44,857 nt of DNA from an uncultured bacterium. Its GTDB lineage: Bacteria > Patescibacteriota > Minisyncoccia > Phycocordibacterales > PALSA-1337. Each line of letters starts with the position of its first letter. The first letter of the stretch is position 1. The translations under genes were made by a program, and so were the position numbers. The notes below the pieces were generated by a model. It was given only the letters and a program-made list of their open reading frames with translations. It searched no databases and was not told where the DNA came from. Of this stretch, positions 7,948-15,308 are shown in pieces. The stretch is taken from the NCBI GenBank assembly GCA_963848635.1, contig CAWKEA010000009.1, positions 1 to 44,857 on the forward strand, written 5' to 3'.

Positions 7948-8520
7948 ATGGATGACGATCAAACTCCAGATGTAGCAGTCACACCTACGGCAGAAGCCCA
8001 AACTCCTGAAACACCCATTTCTAGCCAGCCCACAGCATCCACGCCAGTCGATATGCCACCAGAGGCCCCAGAATCGCCTACAAACGCTTCTACAAACGTT
8101 CCTGTAGAAAGTCAAAATGAAGGGTTAAATCAGCCAGAAAGCGAGGTGCCGGAATCATCGAATGAGGCTCCAAATTTGCAGCCAGTTCCCGTTGAGTCAG
8201 CGCCAGCTCCTGCGTCCGCGCCGGCGTCACTGACTCCGTTAGCACCACAGCCGCAGTCGCCGGCGCAACAAGATCAAACCGGCTTCATTCGCGCGTTGCT
8301 CGCCAAAGCTCAAGCTAAAATCCAGTCCAACAAACAGAAGAAGTTCGACAAAATCATCCAATACGCACAGAAAATGAAAATTATTGCCAACGAAGATATG
8401 CAGAAGCTTTTGCACATCTCCAGCGCTACTGCGACCCGATATCTGGTCAAACTAGTCCAGCAAGGTCGTCTGGCTCGCGTGGGGAACCCCCGCGATGCCA
8501 AATATCAATTCATGCGCTAG
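7948..8520 (+). CDS. hypothetical protein with a P/S/T/E/Q-rich disordered N-terminal half and a C-terminal winged-helix HTH
   Basis: The C-terminus reads IANEDMQKLLHISSATATRYLVKLVQQGRLARVGNPRDAKYQF, an HTH/wHTH pattern as seen in Fic-associated or DeoR-like DNA-binding domains. Confidence 0.6.
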   Translation: MDDDQTPDVAVTPTAEAQTPETPISSQPTASTPVDMPPEAPESPTNASTNVPVESQNEGLNQPESEVPESSNEAPNLQPVPVESAPAPASAPASLTPLAPQPQSPAQQDQTGFIRALLAKAQAKIQSNKQKKFDKIIQYAQKMKIIANEDMQKLLHISSATATRYLVKLVQQGRLARVGNPRDAKYQFMR

Positions 8521-8524
8521 AAAA

Positions 8525-8554
8525 CTTGTGGCTCATGTCCACCAAATGAGCCAC
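8525..8554 (+). repeat. hairpin repeat hp1 (cttgtggctcat-gtccaccaa-atgagccac), direct repeat of 8750-8779
   Basis: 9-bp perfect stem immediately after the stop of ORF 7948-8520, so it may double as a terminator stem. Confidence 0.8.
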
Positions 8555-8582
8555 GTGCGTTTCTGATTTACCACCGAACTCG

Positions 8583-8725
8583 GTCGAGAAGCGGCCGACC
8601 TCCGCTTCTTCCATCAACCGTTCTTCGCGTCCGGCGGAATGTCGGTGCGGCGAAATGCAATGAAGCCGCACGGACTGACGCTGGACGCGTCACATTCCTC
8701 CGTTGAAGCGGAAGTGGGCCGCTTC
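8583..8725 (+). repeat. structured element E2, same family and same orientation as E1
   Basis: The 5' 47 nt has 43/47 identity to E1 1659-1705. The last 22 nt is identical to the E1 3' end. The ~68 nt core is unrelated to E1 but self-complementary (cgcgtcc/ggacgcg; gtcggtgcggc/gccgcacggac). Confidence 0.75.
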
Positions 8726-8749
8726 AAGCTTCAAAACCTGTGCTAAAAT

Positions 8750-8779
8750 GCTTGTGGCTCAATTCCACCAATTGAGCCA
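8750..8779 (+). repeat. hairpin repeat hp2 (cttgtggctcaat-tccacc-aattgagccac)
   Basis: Direct repeat of hp1, on the other side of E2. Confidence 0.8.
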
Positions 8780-8782
8780 CAC

Positions 8783-9032
8783 CCTTCCCCCCAATCACCA
8801 ATCCGGCGCACAGCCAAAACAAATAGTGAGGGCGGACGGAGTCCTTCCCCCACACCCCCAGGCCTCCGTCCGCCCTCTCCACCTTTTTGTGATTGCGATG
8901 CGATCAGAAGATTGAGCCGGCGGAGGCAAAAAACAGTGGAGCGAAGCGACTCCGCATTTCATTCACGAAACAATCACGCCTGCGGATTTTCAGCGAAAAA
9001 AGTTCGAACTTCAAGTAAAAACTGCCGCAAAA
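8783..9032 (-). repeat. inverted repeat IR-B, right copy
   Basis: Reverse complement of 2079-2330. Carries the same 14-bp hairpin (8828-8841 with 8864-8877), followed by a T5 run on the + strand. Confidence 0.9.
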
Positions 9033-9392
9033 TAATGAACCCGAGCTATGCGAGGGTGAATTTATTTTGCGTGAGAGAGCGATGCGACTGCTCGCATCGC
9101 GTGATGGGATTCGAAAAGGTTCTCCCAAATTTTCGAAAAGTGAGCGTAGCGAGCTTTGAGAAAATGGGAAACCTGTACTGAAGCCGTAGGCTTCGAATCC
9201 CATCCTCTCCGCACTTGGATTTTGGTATCGGATGACCCTGAGGGCTATGTAAAACAAGGGTCGTTTGGAATCGTTCGAATCCCGCAAAGGTACACCCCTC
9301 TGCGGGATTCGAACTTTTAGCTGAAGTATCCTCTTTTAGAGCAGACATCATCCTTTAAATATAGTCAAAAATATGCTAGGTTAAGTCCAATT

Positions 9393-9953
9393 ATGCTTCT
9401 AAAAAGAATCAGAGAAATATCGAATATCGGAAGATTCTGCAGCTGCAAAGGCATCGCTGGTATTGAATTTTCTCCAGTGACGATAATCTTTGCCAATAAT
9501 GGAAATGGCAAAAGTACCTTTACGAGCATCCTCAGATCATTTCAAACGGGAAACAACAATATCCTCATCGGCAAAAAGACCTTGGGTAGCAGCGGTTCTA
9601 AAAAAGTCGAGATTGACTTTGAGGACGCAGGAAAAACACTGACGGCAAAGTTTGAGAACAAGAAATGGAATAGCACCCCAGATGAGAAGATTCATATTTT
9701 CGATACCAAGTTCATAGCTGAGAATGTCTACGATGGAGAGAATATGGATGATGACCACAAGGCAAACATGCATCGTGTCGTTGTCGGCGCCGAAGGTAAA
9801 AAATATGCCGAAGCAGTAAATGATTTCATGGGGCAGGTGAAAAAATGCGAGCAAACCAAAAAAGATTCTTCTTTACAATACTCCGCATCTCCATTCTCCA
9901 GAATATATACGATTGAAAAATTCATCGCGTTGTCAAAGAATACACATGTTTGA
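9393..9953 (+). CDS. AAA_13-type (RloC/PrrC-like) ATPase, N-terminal fragment with Walker A
   Basis: VTIIFANNGNGKSTF is a Walker A motif. The N-terminal layout matches AAA_13 ATPases. It ends at a stop overlapping the next ORF in another frame. Confidence 0.7.
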   Translation: MLLKRIREISNIGRFCSCKGIAGIEFSPVTIIFANNGNGKSTFTSILRSFQTGNNNILIGKKTLGSSGSKKVEIDFEDAGKTLTAKFENKKWNSTPDEKIHIFDTKFIAENVYDGENMDDDHKANMHRVVVGAEGKKYAEAVNDFMGQVKKCEQTKKDSSLQYSASPFSRIYTIEKFIALSKNTHV

Positions 9954-11671
9954 AAGATATTGAGGGAAAAAGAAAGGAGCTACAGTTCGCCAATCAATTC
10001 AATAAACCCGCTGACCTGAGACTCAAGTCTCCTGACCTTTCAGCGATCACGACAACACTAGAGAAGAAGATTGATTCCTTGCATGACGACGTAGAAAAAA
10101 AGATAAAGAAACATGTGGAAAAGCATACATCTGTACCCGATGTCGGCCTACCTGTACTCAATACCATCAACAATATCAGAAAGGGTGATGCATGCCCTTT
10201 CTGCGGGCAAGACACGTCAGCGGTCTCCGATCTCATGGATGCCTACCGAGTGTACTTCGATAAATCGTACCAAGACCTCCAAAAGGAAATCGCTGAGACT
10301 CTAGCTGAATTCAAGAGTTGGGATATTGACGGCGAATTAAAGATTCTTCTCCAAGAGATCGAGGAATGGCATAAAATATTAAATAGCCAAGACTTATATG
10401 ACAAGCTCGTAGCACGTATCAAGGCAAGTGCTCTCAAGAAAAATAAGGCTAATTTATTGCTACAGATAGAAAAGAAAAGTAAGGATTTCAATTATAAGGT
10501 GCCTCAAGGTTCGATTGATCTTGTCTCTGAAAGTATATCTCAAGTCCAAACCGAGATTGCTGCATACAATGCCACTATCGGCGCTTTCAAGGGAAAGATT
10601 AGCAGTAAAAAGCCTGATGAGCTCGAAAAAGAATTACAGATACTCGAAATCGCAAGGGATCGCCATTCTACGAAGTGGGACACTTTCTGTGGAAATTATA
10701 TTAAAAATGAAGAGGCTACCAAGAAAATAAAAGCCGGCCGTAAAAAAGCTATGGACGATTTGTCGGCATATTCTCAAAAGACTTTTGCAGCATATCAATC
10801 TTCTATCAATACTGTACTGGAAAATATCGGGGCTGACTTCAAGATAAAGGATTTGTCGGAGCAGAAAGACCTCAGAAAAGCAGAGGCCATATTCTGCGGT
10901 TTTGCTCTGGAATTTTTTGGTCAACACAAGGTCGACATCTCTAATTCCGATGATAAGCCGCATTTCAAAAATACCCTCAGTGAGGGCGATAAAAGCTCCT
11001 TGGCTTTCGCGCTCTTTATTTCAATCCTTTCACACAATGACAAACTCAAAGGCTGCATGGTTGTCTTCGATGATCCTATCTCTAGCTTTGATGCTGACAG
11101 GAAAAAAGCTACGGCAAAGTTGCTATTTTCACTTACGAATAGCAAAGGAGATAAACCAGCTCAGATCATTGTGCTTACTCATGAATCTGGCTTCTTGGTC
11201 AGACTGAATAAAGAATTCGGCGGTGACGCTCTTTACCTGAAAATAGCACCCAATGGTCTGAGTGGAGTAATCAAGCAGAGCAATATCGAGCGACTCGATG
11301 TGTATGAGGCCTTCCTAAAGCCGGGAGCTTTTGAGGCGCTAGATAAAATCAAGAAATGCCTCGATGGTACCACCGTCATCGATAAGAAATCTCATAGCGA
11401 ATGCCGTACGATCCTAGAGAATGCCCTAGAGGCGAAATATTATCTTGAACTTAAGGACAATATCTCGAAACATGCCGGATTGGGTGGCTATATCGATACT
11501 CTTACTACGGCAGGTCTAATGAGTCAGGCGCTTAGTACTGAATTCAAAAAACTGCTCCCCGATTTACACGAGCCACACCACAGTACTTCAGATGCTAGCA
11601 CTCAAGCTAATTCGGATGGAGATATCAAAAATATTCTAAAAACCTCACTCAGTCTATTAAAGAAGTTGTAG
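9950..11671 (+). CDS. AAA_13-type (RloC/PrrC-like) ATPase, C-terminal 573 codons: zinc-hook-like CPFC in a coiled coil, ABC signature, Walker B, and a possible anticodon-nuclease-like tail
   Basis: GDACPFCGQD; long coiled-coil region; LSEGDKSSLAFALF (signature-like); CMVVFDDPISSFD (Walker B); VLTHES (H-loop). The C-terminal CRTILENALE...LPDLHEPHHS resembles the R-x3-E...H pattern of PrrC/RloC nuclease domains. The only available start is TTG. Confidence 0.7.
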   Translation: MKDIEGKRKELQFANQFNKPADLRLKSPDLSAITTTLEKKIDSLHDDVEKKIKKHVEKHTSVPDVGLPVLNTINNIRKGDACPFCGQDTSAVSDLMDAYRVYFDKSYQDLQKEIAETLAEFKSWDIDGELKILLQEIEEWHKILNSQDLYDKLVARIKASALKKNKANLLLQIEKKSKDFNYKVPQGSIDLVSESISQVQTEIAAYNATIGAFKGKISSKKPDELEKELQILEIARDRHSTKWDTFCGNYIKNEEATKKIKAGRKKAMDDLSAYSQKTFAAYQSSINTVLENIGADFKIKDLSEQKDLRKAEAIFCGFALEFFGQHKVDISNSDDKPHFKNTLSEGDKSSLAFALFISILSHNDKLKGCMVVFDDPISSFDADRKKATAKLLFSLTNSKGDKPAQIIVLTHESGFLVRLNKEFGGDALYLKIAPNGLSGVIKQSNIERLDVYEAFLKPGAFEALDKIKKCLDGTTVIDKKSHSECRTILENALEAKYYLELKDNISKHAGLGGYIDTLTTAGLMSQALSTEFKKLLPDLHEPHHSTSDASTQANSDGDIKNILKTSLSLLKKL

Positions 11672-11684
11672 CCACATGTTGTAC

Positions 11685-12152
11685 TTATCTGATGAATTCT
11701 TTGAGCAGGGTCAGATATTTTTCTTGTAGCTCTTTACTCACCATTTTTTCAGATAGTCGCATTGGAGTAACGTTGTCTTTCATCAAGTCAGTACAAAAAT
11801 CAAAATAAAATCCTGAGGGTGTTGCGATAAATATGTGGGCAAGTTTCCAACGCTCATAAATTTCTGTCGCATTCTTTTTGATGTCATCCATATCGACATG
11901 TGATCTATACTTCACCTCAACCAAAGAGACGGATTTCGGGTTATGCGATACGAGTGCAAAATCGGGGGCGTTCCTTACGTTTTCCAGAAGCTTCTTGTAT
12001 TCAGGTGTCCCTGTGTACTGCATTAGTTCGGGGACGATTGTCTCATAGCCAAATGGGATAACAGTGTAGTTGCCTGTGTCACGGAACATTTGGTCAAAAA
12101 TAAGTTCAGCTATTTTTCCCTTAATGAGTTGTTTGGAGAAGTCTTTTTGCAT
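11685..12152 (-). CDS. small PD-(D/E)xK-fold nuclease-like protein
   Basis: GKIAELIFDQMF ... PDFALV ... VSLVEVKYRS fits the E...PD...(D/E)xK restriction-endonuclease-like motif order. Confidence 0.55.
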   Translation of the reverse strand: MQKDFSKQLIKGKIAELIFDQMFRDTGNYTVIPFGYETIVPELMQYTGTPEYKKLLENVRNAPDFALVSHNPKSVSLVEVKYRSHVDMDDIKKNATEIYERWKLAHIFIATPSGFYFDFCTDLMKDNVTPMRLSEKMVSKELQEKYLTLLKEFIR

Positions 12153-12254
12153 GATGTTTATTATACCTCATCATATAATAAAAGTATGAGGGAGCATCCT
12201 TGCCCGCCCTCTTTTTTATTGACCTTACCCTCGCCTCGGCATAGAATAGATTTC

Positions 12255-13850
12255 ATGTCTAATCCTGATACAAATAATGATACAGAAAATCCCCCTGTTA
12301 TTTTGGTAGACGGCAGCCTTTCAAAAGAGCGCTGTGAATTTTTGCTCTCATACCTAGGAAGCGAGAGCGATAAGCTTGAACGAAAGGAGTTCGGAGTTCC
12401 AGCTTCGTCATCAGAAAAGAGCCAGCTGGCCAAGGCCATAATTGCCATGGCTAATTCTGATGGCGGATATATTCTCCTTGGCATTAATGATGCCAAGGTT
12501 GTAAAAGGTATCAGGAACGTCGATCTGGATCCAGCTAAGATTAATGATCTCGCATCTTCTTTTGCCAAACCAGAAATAAAGAATCTGACCACAGTCGTCT
12601 ATGAAAAGGACGCCCTCAAGGTAGGTATCATCTTTGTGCCTCCGAGCGACAATGTTCCACATATTACGATCAAGGAGAGTGATAAATTGAATAAGAATGT
12701 TATCTATGTAAGGCACTCTGGACAGTCTGAGCCTGCGAACCATGAGGACATGGAAAAGCTGATACTGAAGGCGGTTATAAAAAGACAGAAAGAATTGATG
12801 CGTCATCTTGAGGAGACAGAGTTGCAAAAGGATGTCCGCATGATCAAGGAGCATCTACTTGGGAAAAAGGAGGCCGAGAAGCCTGATTTTTTGGTGGTCG
12901 ATGAAGAAGCTTTTGTGGCTAAGATTGATGCGCTGTTCACTGATGAAAATATCTCATCGATTAAAAAGGTCATAAAGCAGCTTTCCAAGGAGATAGTTTC
13001 GGTGTGGAAGTCCACCAAGGGCATGGATAAATCTATCGTGCTCGAGACGAAAGTCCTACGCTTCATTCCGTTGCTCAACAAGCTCACCTACGTGATGATA
13101 TTGGCGGTTGAAAATAAGATGCACGAGAAAATATTTCCTGACTGGGCGGAGGCCGTTCGTATCATATATGAATTATCAAATAAGAAGGATCTCGGCATTT
13201 CACAGATCGATGAATGGGTAACACAAGGAAACCAATTCATCAAAGCGAAAGATCACCTGACGTATACGGTTCCCGAAAAAGAAGTCATTAGCAGACTGCA
13301 TATTTTGTCGGCCTACGCTTTTAAACGCAAGGAGTATTCTTTGATTAAAAAGATAGCTGATATAGAGGTTGAGACGGTTCATGGGAACAAGTCCTATAAT
13401 GAGGCTGTCATGATGCACCCCAATTATTCACATGGTAGTGGTGAAGGAAACCTCGTCACGCTTTTTGATGAGGCAAGGGAGTTGATGACACAGAATGTAA
13501 TCTTTTTTAATTTTTTCGATAATGAGATTGAGGAGAGTTTGGACAGTCTACTTAGGGCAGATCTGCTTATTGGGTTTTCCTATTCCTTAGTTAGTCAAGT
13601 TAGACATAGCGGACATCGTCATTTTATTAATTTTGCTCGTTTTTATCCGTCGCGAGTCTGGTCGCTCATTGAAAGCATGCGTGACAATCAAAAGTATCTG
13701 ACTGATGGATTCCCAACCTATACCTTGGAGCAATTAAAAAAATACATCAATGAAGTCATTGATTTCGCGAATAAAGCGTACCCAATGATAAGCGACTGGG
13801 GTGGCTATACTTACAAGGATCTTTTTCCAGATAAAGCTGCCACTCAGTAG
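12255..13850 (+). CDS. Schlafen/AlbA_2-like (divergent AAA, putative nucleic-acid-binding) domain protein with an unknown ~350 aa C-terminal region
   Basis: SESDKLERKEFGV...SQLAKAIIAMANSDGGYILLGINDAKVVKGI matches the AlbA_2 core (E.K....l.k.i.AfaN..GG.l.iGv.d.g.v.G). The ORF is open from 12090, but that part overlaps the divergent gene, so ATG 12255 (MSNPDT) is preferred. Confidence 0.6.
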   Translation: MSNPDTNNDTENPPVILVDGSLSKERCEFLLSYLGSESDKLERKEFGVPASSSEKSQLAKAIIAMANSDGGYILLGINDAKVVKGIRNVDLDPAKINDLASSFAKPEIKNLTTVVYEKDALKVGIIFVPPSDNVPHITIKESDKLNKNVIYVRHSGQSEPANHEDMEKLILKAVIKRQKELMRHLEETELQKDVRMIKEHLLGKKEAEKPDFLVVDEEAFVAKIDALFTDENISSIKKVIKQLSKEIVSVWKSTKGMDKSIVLETKVLRFIPLLNKLTYVMILAVENKMHEKIFPDWAEAVRIIYELSNKKDLGISQIDEWVTQGNQFIKAKDHLTYTVPEKEVISRLHILSAYAFKRKEYSLIKKIADIEVETVHGNKSYNEAVMMHPNYSHGSGEGNLVTLFDEARELMTQNVIFFNFFDNEIEESLDSLLRADLLIGFSYSLVSQVRHSGHRHFINFARFYPSRVWSLIESMRDNQKYLTDGFPTYTLEQLKKYINEVIDFANKAYPMISDWGGYTYKDLFPDKAATQ

Positions 13851-13866
13851 GAAATAGGCCGTATTA

Positions 13867-14343
13867 TCAACCGATGGTGATGATCTTGTTCGTCACCTTG
13901 ATCTTCGACTTAAAGCACCCCATAAGCTCGCGTTTCTCCTCGTTGGTGCCATCGTGCAGGATATATTTGGCATAGGTCTTGAGGTCGATTTCTCTATGTT
14001 TTGAGGTCGGGTCATTGATACCTAGCACTCCTCGGTTGAATCTGTTGTGTCGTTTCAGCTCCTCATTGAATTTTATCTCCACACCCGTCTGATTGAGGTC
14101 GATTTGATCCATAAGCTTCACGAGCTGTTCCGTCAATTCTTCTTCTCGCAGATACTGGGCCTTGCATGTACGATCCTTCGATCTGCCACATCCGTAGTAG
14201 ATGTATTTGGCGACAGTACCATCTTTCAGTTGCTTGTATTTCTCCTCGGCAGTGATACCTGAGTCACAGTGTCCGCATACCATGAGCTTGGTGAAGGCGA
14301 ACTCATGACTTTGATTGTTCCGAAAGTAAAAATTTCTTTACTT
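13867..14343 (-). pseudogene. 5'-truncated large serine recombinase remnant (zinc ribbon + coiled coil + C-terminal tail only)
   Basis: FAFTKLMVCGHCDSGITAEEK...YIYYGCGRSKDRTCKAQYLREEEL... is collinear with residues ~285-end of the intact recombinase at 1-1553. The reading frame opens only at 14343 and there is no catalytic N-terminal domain. Confidence 0.75.
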
Positions 14344-14417
14344 TACTCTGTTTTTGGAGTAGCGTACCCGTCAGTAATCGGACATTGAAATAAACCAACA
14401 AAAGAAAGGATTTTCCT

Positions 14418-15308
14418 ATGATTACCTTATCGAATGGCCATAAATTCGAATATATGGTCGCAAGCGGCGCCTTGGCCTTTGATGGCAAAGGTTGGCCCTG
14501 GGAAAGACCGTTAGTGAAGCTCGGGCTGGTAAAGCCCGAACTCTTTACGGTTGTTATCAAGACTCTGACGCGCAATCCGCGTCCGGGAAATCTCCGGTGG
14601 TGGAAGCCGTGGGTGTGCGTCCGTCTCATCCCCGGCGGTTCGGTCAACAAAGTCGGTCTGACCAATCCGGGCATCGACTGGTGGTGCAGTGATGTTGGAC
14701 CCAAGCTCGACTTCGAAAGATTTCCGCTTGTCGGATCAATCTACGGAGAAGGCAGGGACCTTGAAGAATCGGCTGTCATGTTGAATCGTTTCAACCTCGT
14801 CGGTCTTGAAGTCAACAGTTCTTGCCCGAACACTGGCCATGCGATGCAACAGGCGGAAGCGATCATCGAGGATGTGAAGCTCGTCAAACGAGTCTCTGAC
14901 CACCCTGTAATCGCCAAGGTCTCGGTCGACCAAGACTTTCTCTCCATAGCCCGCGGCCTTGAGGGTATTGCGGAAGCGATTTCTCTCAACAGCGTGCCGT
15001 GGAGGACGGCGTTCCCACGTGGCGAACGGACGCCGTTGTGGAAGCTTGAACAACAAGCCGGCGGCGGCGGAGGTGTCTCCGGCAGGCCTGCCCAAAAATA
15101 CAACTGGGCGGCAGTTGAAGCCCTTGCCAAACAGGGTTCGCTCCCTGTTATCGGTCCAAGCATCATGGAGTTCGAGGATCTGGATCGAGTAAGAAAGCTC
15201 GGCGCCAGCGCCGTTAGTTTCGGCGCAATCCATCTGCGGACTCCGTGGAAACCAACATCAATCGTCAGAAAAGAAATGAAAATGAAAGGAAAAGTATGGC
15301 AAAAATAA
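14418..15308 (+). CDS. pyrD: dihydroorotate dehydrogenase, class 1-like
   Basis: NKVGLTNPGI, LEVNSSCPN (Cys catalytic base), GGGVSGRP, and a C-terminal SFGAI motif. Confidence 0.75.
   Translation: MITLSNGHKFEYMVASGALAFDGKGWPWERPLVKLGLVKPELFTVVIKTLTRNPRPGNLRWWKPWVCVRLIPGGSVNKVGLTNPGIDWWCSDVGPKLDFERFPLVGSIYGEGRDLEESAVMLNRFNLVGLEVNSSCPNTGHAMQQAEAIIEDVKLVKRVSDHPVIAKVSVDQDFLSIARGLEGIAEAISLNSVPWRTAFPRGERTPLWKLEQQAGGGGGVSGRPAQKYNWAAVEALAKQGSLPVIGPSIMEFEDLDRVRKLGASAVSFGAIHLRTPWKPTSIVRKEMKMKGKVWQK

Noticed and set aside
1622-8779. The repeats (E1/E2, hp1/hp2, cacaacgtgctc x2) considered as a CRISPR array.
   Set aside because: There are only two copies of each, kilobases apart or irregularly spaced. 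There is no regular repeat-spacer periodicity and no cas genes.
9100-9325. Possible tRNA gene(s), suggested by the GGATTCGAA / TTCGAATCCC motifs. The same applies to GGTTCGAACC at ~195-205.
   Set aside because: I could not fold a cloverleaf. The 5 nt either side of the TTCGAAT motifs are not complementary as a T-stem, and no acceptor stem or anticodon arm could be placed. The motifs instead form long inverted repeats with each other. The motif at ~200 lies inside the recombinase coding sequence (VGSNP).
9330-14417. Direct repeats (attL/attR) bounding the defence-like island, e.g. ctcttttagag (~9331) versus ctctgtttttggag (~14356).
   Set aside because: The similarity is short and gapped, no better than chance. 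The island borders therefore rest on composition and the recombinase remnant only.
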